Shown: positions 1 through 13,577, counted from the whole stretch's first letter. The stretch is 63,562 bases of DNA, filler included, from Lenisia limosa (GCA_001655205.1; 13 parts of 13 records of this genome joined end to end with filler, not necessarily neighbours in it), one strand, 5' to 3'. Translations and numbers: made by a program. Notes: a model not told the origin generated them from the letters alone.

Positions 1-99
1 ATTATCTCATTAGAGCACTTTAGGTACTAAAAGACATTTATCAAAGTTTCATCAAGAATATGATAAATGAAAATGAAGCTCCTCAAAATTTGTGCTAAA

Positions 100-2273
100 A
101 CCCACTTTCTGTTCTCCCAGGCGGGGGCATTCTCCTTCTTTCTGCGAACAGTACTTTCAAACTTCTTTCTTTCCAAACTGGAAGGATAAGATCTTTACTT
201 ACTAACACTGTATTAAGTATTTGCCTATCCTTGTATTTTCAGAACAAAATAACAATGATATGTTAAATAGATTATCCATCAGACTTGCAATTCCGCAATA
301 TATTCACAAAGAGCTACCCCCACCTGATTTCCTGCATGTCCCGGTCCATGTCGTTGAACTTTGAGGCGATTGGATCAAACTCATCACGAGCAACGTCATG
401 GTTTGGTCGGCCCTAAGATGTCAGTGTTTGTTAGTTTGATAGCGGTATTAAAAAAGAGTGACTGAAAGCTAGAGCTTCACTTTCGTAAAAGACATGTAAA
501 ATATCGATAATTATCGAGGATTTATCGAGGATTCAGTCTTTTTTGGAACCGAAAATGAAACTCTACTAGAATACCCCCCCCCCCTTCAAATGTATGGAAA
601 TGAGAACTGACCGAAGCCATAATTCCACATTCAGGGACTATTAGGAAGAAATAGAACATGGGGCACAAACCTCGACTTCGTGGGTTTGTCTGTTTCGGTT
701 GCTGAGAATGTTGAAGTCCCCGGGTTCCACAGGAGACTCGAGCTTTCTTCTTCCTCTGTTTGGGTCCCTGGAGGGTTATAAAACAAATAAATATGCATCT
801 CTGGATACAAGATTNNNNNNNNNNNNNNNNNNNNNNNNNNNNNNNNNNNNNNNNNNNNNNNNNNNNNNNNNNNNNNNNNNNNNNNNNNNNNNNNNNNNNN
901 NNNNNNNNNNNNNNNNNNNNNNNGCAAGAACATCAAAACCGTCCCGGGCAGCGAATGAGTCACTGATCCTCTTGGACACGCGACCGTGGTTCTTGACTGG
1001 GCTGTCCCTGGATGTGTAAAATCGCAAACTACAAGCCAGTCAATTTCACGTGGAATTGGTGGTGAAGATATTACTTAATGAATACTGCCCTCCCTCCTCC
1101 CAAAAAAAAACAATGTCTGTGAATGCGTTTTGAACATACACATAGAGACACCCCCACCCCAACATACAGTGATTCCTGGATAGAGATAATATCGTAGTTA
1201 TCACCAGATTGTGTCACCTCCTTACGAACTCTCTGGATTGTAAGGGGGAGAATCCTAGAAATATAAGGGCGGAGGTGATGAGCATAGTGGGGGGTACGCC
1301 ACGAACCGATGAGTCCGGCTGCATGCCTCCACGGAAGCGTCCATTGATGACGTCGTATTTCACCCCAATACGGGTTGAGTTCTGCGGGGGGGTGAGTTCC
1401 ATTTTTGATAAAAAGAAGAGCAACATAACAAAATAAAAAAAAAACCAAAAATCAACTCGGTTGGCTCCTCAATAATTGTATAACACACAGGGTTTGAAAA
1501 CTACATAACAAGCAAAGAATAAGCAGCAAAATGGAAAAGTAAGGAATATCCAAGTGTAGCTCATTGTGTGCTAACAACTTGTACTGATGATATTTTCTGT
1601 AACTTATTTCGATATAGGACAATTGGATCGAATTAACAAGGTTTTGGGTATAGCATAACTAGTGAATGATGAATAGACAAATGAAAACTATCTTTGGATG
1701 AAAATACGTCATTTAGAAGCTGTGATAACAAAAAAGAGGTCAAAGAAAGACATGAACAAGGATTCAGCAGAGCGCGTTTCAATGATCACAAAGCCTACAT
1801 CACTGCGACGAGTATCTCTCTCCAGCTTTGAATACTCGCGGTTTTCAAGTGCAGATTGCTAAATAATCAATAATAGCCAGAGGATAGCTTCAGAAGAGGG
1901 CAAACATTGAGGTGAAGGTCACCCACAAGGCCCAAAGCCAACCAGATTTTTGTTTCCAAACGTTCCAGTGACAGGATTGAAGGTGTCTGCCCTGCGGTCT
2001 CTGTTGACTCGGGTTTCTACGGCAAGAGGGCCCTATGGAGTCAAGAAAAGCGCATCAATTTGGACTTTATACATCTTAAATATGTTAAAATACTATGTTA
2101 AAGTCAAATCGGAGCACAAATACATCTTCCTATGCGCGTACCCCTTGGGAGGAAGGTGTGTCTTTTCTTTCCCTGCTATAAGTCTGAACAAGGTCTCTCC
2201 ATTCATCATTTGGTCTTCTGGCACCAGCACTAGGGGCTAGTTGGGTTCTTAAGGATCCAGAGACTGACGACAT
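100..2273 (-). CDS. Multi-exon hypothetical protein with repeated [YF][DN][PIV][IVL] motifs; 3' end uncertain, possibly beyond the window start
   Basis: Hand-spliced GT-AG exons: MSSVSGSLRTQLAPSAGARRPNDEWRDLVQTYSRERKDTPSSQG / GPLAVETRVNRDRRADTFNPVTGTFG / QSALENREYSKLERDTRRSD / NSTRIGVKYDVINGRFRGG / QSGDNYDIISIQE / RDSPVKNHGRVSKRISDSFAARDGFDVL / GDFNILSNRNRQ / GRPNHDVARDEFDPIASKFNDMDRDMQEI / LERKKFESTVRRKKENAPAWENRK. Confidence 0.55.
470..565. mobile_element. MITE family 1 copy (diverged, no TSD visible)
   Basis: TAGAGCTTCACTTTCG...GGAACCGAAAATGAAACTCTA; same internal core (AATATCGATA...CGAGGATTTATCGAG...TTCAGTCTTTTTT) as the copies at 45-49 kb. Confidence 0.75.
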
Positions 2274-2579
2274 TATGTCAGACGGAAGTTGAAGTACTCG
2301 AACTGTATTCTTTTATGTTTGTCAATGAAGCACACCTGAGTTCAACAGTCTATTGCAATTGCGCTTCAAAAAAACAAAAGGCCTTTTGAGTGTCCACCCC
2401 ATAGATTTCTGTCATATTTAGTCTTGTTTGCTCACTCTCTGTCACGTTCCTTTAAAAAAAGAAAGAGATAAAAACTGAACAAGATTCAAGAGGAAACTGA
2501 AAAGAAGACCGAAATTTCTTCTGTTTTTGTGATCATTTCGACCTTGCGTTGGTCATACATATAACTGTTTGAGTTTGCC

Positions 2580-4628
2580 ATGGATTTCAGTTCGTGTTTT
2601 GAGAGTGATGAAGACTCAGATGTGGAAGTATCTTCATTTGAAGTTAACGTGGGTGGTAATTCACAGAGTACTTGTTTGGTATTGAATGTCATTTGATAGG
2701 GACATGTTTTGAAATGGATTTTGATTTCGAATGTGAATCGTCCTATTATTCGGCATATTTACTTTCGTAGAGGTTTGTGAAGTCCTTTCGTTTTGGAATA
2801 AAAAGTTTTTCTGTTCTATTTATCTTGTTATTCTTTTGTTGTATAACATTGTTAATAGTAATATTATCAGTATGTTATTTATTGGTGTTTGATTATTACA
2901 GAACGACGCACCATTGGCTGATCACGCCTATTCTGAAAAAGTTGATGTCATGCAATGCGACTTGCCAATTCAAAACAGCGAAAATATCCGTTACCTCACC
3001 TCGTCAAACAAAAGCCCAAAAGCCCAGATCTTCCAAAAAAGTTACGTCACTCCGTCTCGTCAGCCTCCAAGCATTCAAAGCACTATGTCGTCTCCAATAG
3101 CGAATGTGAGGCCGTCATTCCAACCGATGGTCCAAAGAAAAGCCGCGGTAGTTCAGCCGAAGAAGCCAACAATGGCTGCTGACTTCCGACTTGAGTTGGA
3201 CGAGTTCGTCTCAACTCTTTCAGAAGAGGTCTGTTGAAGTACAGGGATAGGGTCAACAAAAAGTGTGCATATAAATGAGTCAATTCATACATGGTAGTCA
3301 GGCAAATTTTCTTTATTGGTTTTGACTGTTATTTTGTTCATCATTTACTTGGCAGAGAATTATGATGTAGGTCGACACCAAATCCGCTTGTGGCGCCATT
3401 CACAAGTTCAAGAATATTTTTTCATCATCATCCAATTCAAATGCCTACCTTCATGCAAACTGTTCCGAGTCAATAGCTCTTTGCGTGGAAGCTATTTTGG
3501 AGCTTGAGCTTTCGACAATTCGACCGTAGGTCAAGGGAACTTGTTACTCACAAACCAGATTTTTTATCTTGTTGTCACTTCTCCACTTGGATTAAATATG
3601 ATTCCTGCTGCTTGTTAATTGTGTTCAGGTGTTCAATGGCGAAAACCAAACCAAATTATGACAAGTTACATAATGATCTAACTGTAAGAGATTCCTGTCA
3701 TGATATGATCCCTTTTAACTTCTACTATTAATTTCATTTTCAAGGAATTGTCTGGGTATTTTGAAGATTGTGAAGCTACTGCTTTGAAAGTATTGACCAC
3801 TCTTGGTAAGCCCTTTGTGTGTTTTGAACTTGGCTAAATTATGCAAGACAAAGTAATTTTATTTAAGATGGATCCATTGTGTTTTTGAGATGTCAAAAGC
3901 AAATAATGCACTTTGCATTGAACAGTTTTGTTGTATTAACAAAGCTAACCTTGTTGTCTGTTGTAAAACAGTATATTTAACACTTGTGACAGTGTATCAA
4001 GATATATATGATTGATATTTATCATGGAAAACTACAACTTATACAAAAGGTGAAGCCCAACCCTCCTTTTGTCTGCGAGCCGTGAACTCATCTCCAATTA
4101 TCTCCCCAATGTTCTACTTCATTCTGAGACCGTATGTGCTACAATTCATTTTTATAGAAGTGTATATATACATATAGTATATCATATACTACTATACTAT
4201 ACTATATATGATTATATATACATATCGATATAGTAGTATAGTATATCATATCAAAAATAAATAATATTGTGTATATATTATATACATATTGCCATCATTC
4301 ATTTTTTATTTCCTCACCTTTACACCAGGTATCTACTAAAGCACAAGGAGTTTGCAGTAAAAATTGAGTCCTTTGCCAAACCCGTGATAATGTGGCTCGT
4401 TTCATCGGCTTTTTACCCCAGCCCCAGTATTCAGAACTTCAGTGAAGACATTTTGCAAACGGTTTCCTTCCTTATCAAAAATGGTAGGCTCAATTTGAGT
4501 TAATCACTAAATACCTGTTACAAAGGATATCTGAGGCTATTTTGAAAAGTCAAGCAACAAGCACTTGGCTAATAGGGAACTTATCATATCATATCATATC
4601 AGACAATAGAGAACAATCACTCCCCTAA
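2580..4628 (+). CDS. Multi-exon hypothetical protein: acidic N-terminus, S/P-rich middle, helical (HEAT/ARM-like) C-terminus
   Basis: MDFSSCFESDEDSDVEVSSFEVN; ORF 2914-3237; exons VDTKSACGAIHKFKNIF...ESIALCVEAILELEL, ELSGYFEDCEATALKVLTTL, YLLKHKEFAVKIESFAKPVIMWLVSS...EDILQTVSFLIKN bounded by AG/GT; the 3' end is uncertain. Confidence 0.45.
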
Positions 4629-4759
4629 GCTTCCAATTTACGATAAATTTGTGTAAATTCTGGAATGTAATTCTAAAATGTTTTTTTGGACAAGAGAAAT
4701 AATATACAATAGAAATCTTGGGAAACAAATAAATATATAGGGATACTATACAAATTACC

Positions 4760-7700
4760 ATGCCTCCGCGACCACGCTCCTTGGCGCCCACCTCCCCGAG
4801 TCACACTAGATGCTCGGAGACCCCAGCCGCGGCATCAGCCTCAATTCATTTTGAGCAACCATTATCATAATTATCCTATTCTCCCTCAGGAGTCTAGTCC
4901 TGATCATCACTTCCAATATATTTCTTATCCTCAGTGATAAACACCAATGTAACCCTCCAGTGAACACATCGCGAGTGTTACTCATCAAATACGCTGCATC
5001 CGAGGCCTTGACGCTGTTGCAATGCGGCAATTCAAGCTTTGCTCTCACATCACAAACGGTAATAAAGAGCAAATTTCTACTGGTTTCTTGCCACTTATTG
5101 TTTCAGGTAATATCTTTTATTGTTTTGAAAATTCTTAGCCCATTTATTGTTTACCAATTGGCATCCTGTTTTAATAGAAGCTGATTTCCAGAATACAAAT
5201 GACGTATTAGAATAGTGGTGTGTACACATCTCAAGTGTGCGCCAGTTTGTTTTCTCTATTGTGCAATTTACATCAAGTATGTAAGTGAGAATTGACACTT
5301 CACAATTCTGCGACATTGTCTTACTTACACAGCATACAATGGTTGAAATTGTGAAGCTATTATTCACACAAGTGCTGTCTATTCGTGAGAGGGGCCAATT
5401 TAGTTTAAAAAATCGTTTGAAAATCACTTGTTACTTGAATCAATTGAAACAGAGTGTATCTGACTTACCATACAGCTCTTTGTCACTTAAAGCAATGTTG
5501 TTATCGTATTATGGACCTCACGGATTGTGAAATTGTAATGGGGGGTTTTAGAACGGCTTGTTAGTTGGATAGTTCGAAAACAATTGCCCTCTAAATGTAA
5601 GGGCATGTATACACATTAGCTTACATTTAAATAAAGGTGTTATCAAAAGATAAATGGCGTCTCTGACCCATTTAGGCTGAAACTGACTCACTGGTGGGTT
5701 TCACGGACTCAGTTTTGCTCCTTCTTCGCCTCTTGCTTCAATCTGGTGACAAAGTGAGGGGTGGATGATGAGCGGTTTTGGCAAGATACTAAGATCATAA
5801 TAACCGGTCTTGCCCAGAATATGGTCACTGCTCTGGAGATGCACATGGTGTCTTCAATGCAAAACTCAAATGTCAATGTCCGTGAAGCAAACTGCCTTGT
5901 AATAATGATGGCGTTTGTTGAGTCTTCTCCAGCTAAGGTTTGCGCCCATTCACAATCCAATTTCACCTCTGCCTAAGTTCTAATACAGACATGTAACTTA
6001 TATCAAGCTTTAATTGTGTCAATATTTTCGTAGTTTTTTCAGCATACGGAAGAATAACTCAAAACAAATGCGACTGTAGTGAAACCATGTTGACACTTCA
6101 GCTTGAATTTGTTTCTCAAAGTTGTAGGTTTTGAGCATGTTCTCCTCTTCAGGGGCGTTTTCTCCAGCAAATAACGACCCTTCAGTCGACGTACGAAAAG
6201 TCGTAATTAAATGTAAGTTGCACTTAAATTTGTCATGAAATATACCCCATGTATGTTCCTTTAATTCTCGAGTTCTTGAATGTAACATATAATATGATAC
6301 AGTATTATTCAAATATCTTTCTGATCCGAAATGAAATATTTCTATTTGTTTTTTTTTATTCAATGAAAACCAGGATTACACTCAAATTGGTACATGTATA
6401 CATTCTGTTTATATTGGTAGTCAACATTGGTTATGACCTTGTAGGTCTTGAAGAGCTACTGGTGGTAACCACAGCCCAATACGTCACAAATGAAGAAGGC
6501 CTGGACCCTCGGCAAGTCATGCTTGTTCTTGGTGTGTTGGGCTGGTTATCTAAACAGAACAACTAATTGACTTCAGTACTCCAGTGGATAAATAGTTTTA
6601 TATTTTGAATCCATGACTTTTGGCGCAAAGTTACGCTGAAAATTCTTCAAAAATAGCCGCAGCGAATTAGTGCCAAAAACTGCCGATTCCATTGATGCAT
6701 TCCTGAAACTGAGTGATACATACCCTAATGTTGTTGAAATAGTCAGCATTCTGACATTTAATGCGCTGTCATCCTTTTGTCTCGAATTAAACATTTTTAT
6801 TATTTTTATTTTACCTCGATCATAGATCGGATAGCCTCGCAAGACCCAATTGGGGCGGTTCGGACGACGGCATTTCAGGCGGTTTGCAATGCGTTGACTG
6901 GACCGGGCCGGCCGACTCCGCCCACCAATGTGTATAGACGTGGGGTGGCTATTTGTAAAGGCGAGGGAGGGTATGAGATGTGCTTCAGAATTGTATAACA
7001 TATCAAGAGAGCTACATATATGTTTCTTTGATTCATAATCTTATTCTCCTATTGTGACCACTGACTTAGAGCTTCTCCAACTGTGCATTGAAAAGGCCAG
7101 GGATAAGGAAAATGGACTTCGTCTCCTTGCTATCAAAATGCTTATTAAGGTATGTGTTAAAGCACTTTCTGATAATGATTATGATGATATTAATGATGGT
7201 TGTAATGGTGGTGGTGGTGATGATGATATAGTCTGGTGACCCTTTTTTGAAAAAGTGAAGTTTTCAGTGTTACAATGTAAAAAAGTAATTGCTAAATGAA
7301 ATAATGACATAATAGTGAGGCTTCTTTGAGTTCCAACCGTCATATGAACATCCATGACAGTTCAGTGTGAAGGAGTTGTTGAAGCATTACTGACAGAGAG
7401 AGGGTTGCCATTTTTGAAGGAAATCTTCCTGGTTAATTGCCTTTCACGTAAGTGAATTAGTCTAAATTCGAAACAGTGATTAATTTAAATTGTAATTTCG
7501 TCAAACAATTGTACAATCAGTACAGTGAACATCTATTTGAATGGTATACTGATACATTTCTATTCAATGTAATATTTGCAGCAAATGAGAGGACGAGAAG
7601 TGAGCAACGGAACGCAGAAGCTGCTGAAGAACTACGTGAGTCCATCAACTGATGTTTTTCAGACGTTTATCTCAATTTGTTATGATCAAGATTTTATATG

Positions 7701-8870
7701 ATTCCAATGGCTACTTTGGTCAGAATGATTTCTCTCCTTCCTAATTGTTGTAGTGATGCTGGTTCTCACCTCTACTGAAGAAGACCTTGGTAAGTCCAAC
7801 ATGTTCTGATATTCAGAGCAATATTGACACAACTGTGCATTTAATCACATGTGATGTGTGATTAATGCTCCATCCAGTCACATGTGTTGTGATTAATGCT
7901 CCATCCAATTAGTTCTGAACAAACTGATTGACATATTTGAAGCAGTCTGAAAAGGAGTTCTCCTTCTAATTTCAAATTTCAAAACATAATATGATATCAA
8001 TGATATCATCTTTTGTTATTATGGACCTAATGTCTGTGGAGCTACCCCATAATAGTCACAATTCAGCTGTGTTATTCCGTGAACTCGGATTAAAAGACTA
8101 CGAATCAAGATATCGGCCGTTCCTGAAGAAGAACATTCTGGCTCTATTTGAGACCGGCGAGGAGGAGCAGAATGAGGGTCAAGGTGGGGCCTTTGTTGGT
8201 TTGGTTATAATTGAATCATGATATGATATGACGGAATGTTTTGCGAAATATTGAAGAATTATGTCATTTGCACAAGGTTAGCCGGGAATAATATAATGCT
8301 GTCCATCATAAGCTGTCCTACGTTAGAACAATGTGGTGGTTTGGTGAAGTGTAAATGATGCGAATTTAAAAATATATCATATCATATGATATATGAATAG
8401 CCTATCATATCATATATTATAGTATATACATGTATTATATCTATTCATATCTGATATATGATAGTATAATATACTAGAGGTATTTTACTGTTGTATTTTC
8501 TGAGTCCCACTAGAAGAAGAAGCCCATGATGAAGCGGACTTTGATGCATCAACTGAACAAGGCAGATCAAAGATCGCTGAATTGGCAAACCAGAAATTCA
8601 ATAATGTAAGCGGATATGATGCTTCAAGCGATAAGCATACAAATAGCACTCCTCAATATTGGTAAGACCTTTTAATGTTGTATTTGAACAGGAAAGAAGG
8701 TATTTCAACATAGTTTCATTTTGAATAATATGGAGAAGATAATTCCCCTTTTAGGAAAGTACTGAAGAAGATAATTACCCTTTTAGGAAAGTACTGAAGA
8801 AGAAGGCTTCATTGGCCAACTCTTGGGAGCTATGTCCAATATTGGAGAGGAGAAGGGACTTGTATTATAG
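4760..8870 (+). CDS. NCAPG: HEAT-repeat protein resembling condensin subunit CAP-G/Ycg1, 3'-truncated at spacer
   Basis: SSMQNSNVNVREANCLVIMMAFVESSP, IASQDPIGAVRTTAFQAVC, LELLQLCIEKARDKENGLRLLAIKMLIK and EEEGFIGQLL occur in the order of recalled CAP-G segments (ANSNAVRFRVCLLI, NDSNPEVRRAVLSCI, RTKDVKEAVRKLAYQVL, EFIGQQL). This is from memory, not an alignment. Confidence 0.5.
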
Positions 8871-9097
8871 GGGTGGAAGNNNNNNNNNNNNNNNNNNNNN
8901 NNNNNNNNNNNNNNNNNNNNNNNTTAATTAATTAANNNNNNNNNNNNNNNNNNNNNNNNNNNNNNNNNNNNNNNNNNNNCAAACAAAGCCCAGGCCAGTC
9001 TGGGGGTGGGGGGGGGGAGGCAGCGCAACCAGCTGTTACGAATACCTAACGCACTGGAGTTTAAAAACAACGCAATATTAATTTTTGATATTGTATA

Positions 9098-11534
9098 CTA
9101 TGACATGATATTCTTGTAACCAATGACACTTCTCCCACCTGTTGGTGACGGTGGTGGCACATCACCCTGTAAACACTCGGGATAAATATCGGCTACTGCT
9201 CTCAGACCGCCAACAACAAGGTACACGTTATCCACGCCTTTTTGTACAAAGGCGTTAGCCACCCTGGCTGCTTCCTTGAATGTTACTGACAAAAGTCTTA
9301 GTGGGACCGAGTGAAGTCCTTTGCAGGGGAGGTTGTGTACTACCCATAAAGACCAGTGAAATATCGATATTTCTTTTACTGGACTAAATAGAGCCTTTTC
9401 AGTATCTCACAATAGAGTTTGCAAAAGGGAAAACATGGTGAATAACAAGAACTGAGAAATAACTGACCCCCCCCCCCCACTCTTGATGACNNNNNNNNNN
9501 NNNNNNNNNNNNNNNNNNNNNNNNNNNNNNNNNNNNNNNNNNNNNNNNNNNNNNNNNNNNNNNNNNNNNATTACGCTAAACGGATGAGTATCTGGAAATC
9601 GGAGAGGTTGCAGCAATCTCAAGAAAAAAAATAAGATTAATTTGAAAGAGTGTAAACGTGTTTGCTATATTCTGAAAGAAATAGTACCACAAATACCCAC
9701 GAAGTGAACAATGGCGGAAGTGAAGTAATTGGAGGCTTTGTTGATGTTGGTGGAGGGGTAGTGGACAGCTGTGAGGTGAGCAGTCACAATAATATGCAGC
9801 AATGTACACAAAATACACAGAACAAAAGAACAAAACAATCCGAAAAACAATACTCTATATTCTGTTCTCATACCCACCATGATTGAGATGACCGGTTTCG
9901 AATTGTTCGGAAGTACGAAGGTCCAAAAGAAGAAAGTTATGCTCTTGGCCTGTAGAGATAAGAGAGAGAATCAAGGAGACAGAAAACATACCCTGGGAGT
10001 TAATAGTTCCAGACATGTCCCGAGGAGTAGCATAGGACTTCTCAAGAGGGGAGTCTGGGTTCCCTGCAAAATGTCATCCAATACTCCATTTTCAAAAGTA
10101 GTATGTGTAACAACATCAAATAATAGGGGAGGGGCATCACTATTTGGAAGCTATACCTGCTGGACAATGTTAAAAACAGTAATATTATCATAGAGTATAA
10201 CAATATATATTACGATATGATATAATACTGTATACTTCCTTTTATGTCAGTTAAACACAAATTTAAGATTAGGTCAGTGAGCACTCATTTCAGAGTAGTA
10301 TCCTACTGTCTAAATGGAAAACATTGAGGGACGACTGCATGCCTTGATGAGTGGCTAGAGAATGTCAGTGTCACAGGTGCCCACTCATATTGGTGTGGAA
10401 ATGATCTTTTTTTGTACAATATATGCATCTTGATATATTTACGTAAATTCCCTCCAAGAGAATTGCTTTTTATTTCCCCATTTAAAAAACACTCCCCTTA
10501 CCTGGTGTGCCACGACCTTTCCGGGGAGTGCTGATAGCTTCCCAAGGGGTATCTATTTTGTAACCATCGTTCAAGACAACACAAATGAAAACAGACTTCA
10601 AAAACACTGCATGGAGAAAGAAATCACACAAACTTGTTGGGTTGTAAATATCGACCTGTGAAGAGCCATACAAGCCCTTTTTAGGGGTAGCGGGGGGACT
10701 TTGTCTGGGAGATGCTGGGGATTGCGTCTAACAAGATTAGGTAGGTAGTTGCTTGGAATGCGAAATAACCAAATAATAAACCTGACGAAGGTCACCCCCC
10801 CCCCCCCNNNNNNNNNNNNNNNNNNNNNNNNNNNNNNNNNNNNNNNNNNNNNNNNNNNNNNNNNNNNNNNNNNNNNNNNNNNNNNNNNNNNNNNNNNNNN
10901 NNNNTTCCTGGGTTTAGTCAGACCGACAAAAACTTTGACATGGTCAGATACATATATCAAGTACCCAAATGAAAGGCTCCGCCTCTATTGCTCTAAAGCC
11001 ACCCTCACCTTAATGGGAACATCACTGGAGAGGAGAAGGTCGCTCTGATGAGGTGAAAAACAATAGCGCGACAGATGGTGAAGGCACCGATTGCAAAGTG
11101 GTTTTTTTTTTTGATGAATTTATAAAAGTTAGAGTTTAAATGAGGATCTCACATGAGAAATAATATGTCCGTTGAAGGGTGAAGTGGAGGGAAGCTAATG
11201 CGCTAACTTACCAATTGGTTAGGGCTAATTCTTGTAAAGAGCTCTCCTTGTCTTTTTTTGGTGCCTATGCAGTCAGAAGAAAGAAAGGGGGCCAGAAAAA
11301 TAACGTACTGAATTTTTGAGCCTTCTCAGCGCGCTCCTTTGCCCTTGATAAACTGTTTCCTGTGTCTATAACTGGCTTCATCCCCTCGAACTTCCCGCTA
11401 CGTGGGATAGCCTTTTCCAGAACCTGTACAAAAGCCGTTAGATTTGGTTTCCCCTATAGTCTGCCTACCTTTCTAGATTCTGAGCCAGATAACGGCTTGT
11501 TCGACGACGGATGGCGTGATCTCGAGGGTCTCAT
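9098..11534 (-). CDS. CEP41: Centrosomal protein CEP41 ortholog (rhodanese-like domain)
   Basis: VLEKAIPRSGKFEGMKPVIDTGNSL / TKKRQGELFTRISPNQL / FLLLDLRTSEQFETGHLNHAVHYPSTNINKASNYFTSAIVHF / EAARVANAFVQKGVDNVYLVVGGLRAVADIYPECLQGDVPPP; matches the CEP41 LDTGNS, ELFKRL, LLLDVR and FENLFMLSGGLKVLAQKFPE motifs; the last exon is uncertain. Confidence 0.85.
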
Positions 11535-11842
11535 TGTAACTGAGCCAATGCTGAGTCCCTGTGTCTCTCTTCAAATTTTATACACTATGTCAAATTGTTA
11601 ACAACAGAAACTGCAAAAAATCGGGATTCGAGGGTCTGGGGATCTGAACTGAATATACGCCCCAGCAATATTAGTATTTTAAAAAAAAGAAAAAAAACGT
11701 ACCACCCGAAAAAGAAAAAGTAAGTATGTCTATTGTTGTTTTTGACGATTGATGATGAGAGAGATAAGGATTTTTGAGATACTGTTCTTAGAAAAAACAT
11801 TTGTCGTCGTATCTCAGCATCTAACCCATATTTAGATTAGCT

Positions 11843-12630
11843 ATGGGACTTTTTGCTCCTAAAATCAGCCCTCAAGATCAGGTTAAGAAATGGAAGGCCG
11901 ATCTGAAGTCCGAGGAACGCAAAATCCAAAGGCAGATCGTCAGTATGCTTCTTCTTTGAGTTTTTTGCCCATTTTTAACTTTTATTTAGAAATTGAGAGA
12001 GAGGAGAAGAAGGTTACCCAGAGTATCAAGACTATGGCAAAGAAGGACCCTGGATCAGCCAAAATTGTTGGTGATTGATTTTACCAATGTACAATGGAAA
12101 AATTTGCTTTAGCTCAGTTGATAATTAAAATAAAATTGTGGTATAACACTAGATATTAGCATAATTGAGATTCTTTTTTCTTTTTTCTTTTTTTCTATTC
12201 TCTTCAAATAAACATCATGATATCGTATATAGAATGACAATGATTACAAGGAGACAGTTGGGAAGTAAAAAACTAAAAAATTTTCGGCTGTTTCCACGAA
12301 AAGACTGGCGTTTGGATTGGCAGGGTGTAGAGGGTGGGGTTGTTCACTTCTCAGCTCGCGAAGGAGGTGGTACAGTCACGCAGGGCAAGAGAGAGACTCA
12401 TGACCTCGAAGGCCCAGCTCAACTCTGTCGGCATGCAGTTGCAACAGACTTACTGTGGGGCCTGGGTATCGTGATATGGTTATATACCTGGGTGGGGAAT
12501 CTGGTTGGATTTGTCTTTTCTACCCCGTTGATATTCTTTTAATCACGCAGAAAATTCGTTTTTTTTTTGTTCACTTACCCCCCGCCCCCATAGCGATGGC
12601 AAAGGTGATGGGAAGCATGCAGAAGAGCAC
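11843..12630 (+). CDS. CHMP3: ESCRT-III subunit CHMP3/VPS24, 5' part (cut by spacer)
   Basis: MGLFAPKISPQDQVKKWKADLKSEERKIQRQIV / EREEKKVTQSIKTMAKKDPGSAKI / LAKEVVQSRRARERLMTSKAQLNSVGMQLQQTY / AMAKVMGSMQKS. Confidence 0.88.
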
Positions 12631-12766
12631 NNNNNNNNNNNNNNNNNNNNNNNNNNNNNNNNNNNNNNNNNNNNTTAATTAATTAANNNNNNNNNNNNNN
12701 NNNNNNNNNNNNNNNNNNNNNNNNNNNNNNCCCCCCCCCCCCTTATTTCCAATTTGACTCCTTCAG

Positions 12767-13286
12767 GCGGCTAAGGCGGCGAAGAAGCTGAAGAGAGAGG
12801 CGTTCGAACAGAAAAAGAAGGAAAAGAAGGAGAAGAAGAAGGAAATCAAGGCCGTGGAAAAGGCTAAGGCTGAAGCTAAGGTCGAGGCAAAGGTGGGAGG
12901 GTCAAATTGGACAAAGCTCATAATAAGTTTTTGTGGTCACTCAAAATAAACGGGTAAACTTTCATNNNNNNNNNNNNNNNNNNNNNNNNNNNNNNNNNNN
13001 NNNNNNNNNNNNNNNNNNNNNNNNNNNNNNNNNNNNNNNNNNNNNNNNNNNNNNNNNNNNNNNNNNNNNNNNNNNNNNNNNNNNNNNNNNNNNNNNNACT
13101 CACTCCCTTAAAAATCAAAATCTCATCTCCCCCCTGCAGGCCCCAGCACAGAAGGAGAAGACCAAGGGGTCTCGACGAGATAAGAGAGCTGCAAGACAAG
13201 CCAGTACCGAGCCGGCTAAGAAGAAGGATCTCAGATTCCTTAGTGTTAAGAAGGATAAGGCTAAGAAGGGAGGAAAGAGAAAGTGA
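12767..13286 (+). CDS. 3' end of a Lys-rich hypothetical protein (possibly nucleolar)
   Basis: Exons AAKAAKKLKREAFEQKKKEKKEKKKEIKAVEKAKAEAKVEAK and APAQKEKTKGSRRDKRAARQASTEPAKKKDLRFLSVKKDKAKKGGKRK*. Confidence 0.6.
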
Positions 13287-13577
13287 TTGTGCTAGAATGG
13301 TTGTGTTTTCTTTGTTTCTAAGTCTATATTCACTGGTTTTACATTTTCAACAAATTGTCCGGACTATCGAGCCTTAGACGATTACTGTGAATACAATTGA
13401 AGCAGATATGAGATAAAACAAGGTAGTATCTGGCCGAAGCCGTCCACACTGGATTATTAGTTCGATGAATGGTTTAGAACAGCGGGGAAACCAGAGTAAG
13501 CGGATAAAAAACTGAATCAGAGCCAAAATGGGATCAGAGAGGGTTTCTTCGCCCTCCACCACGCCACAATACACGCA

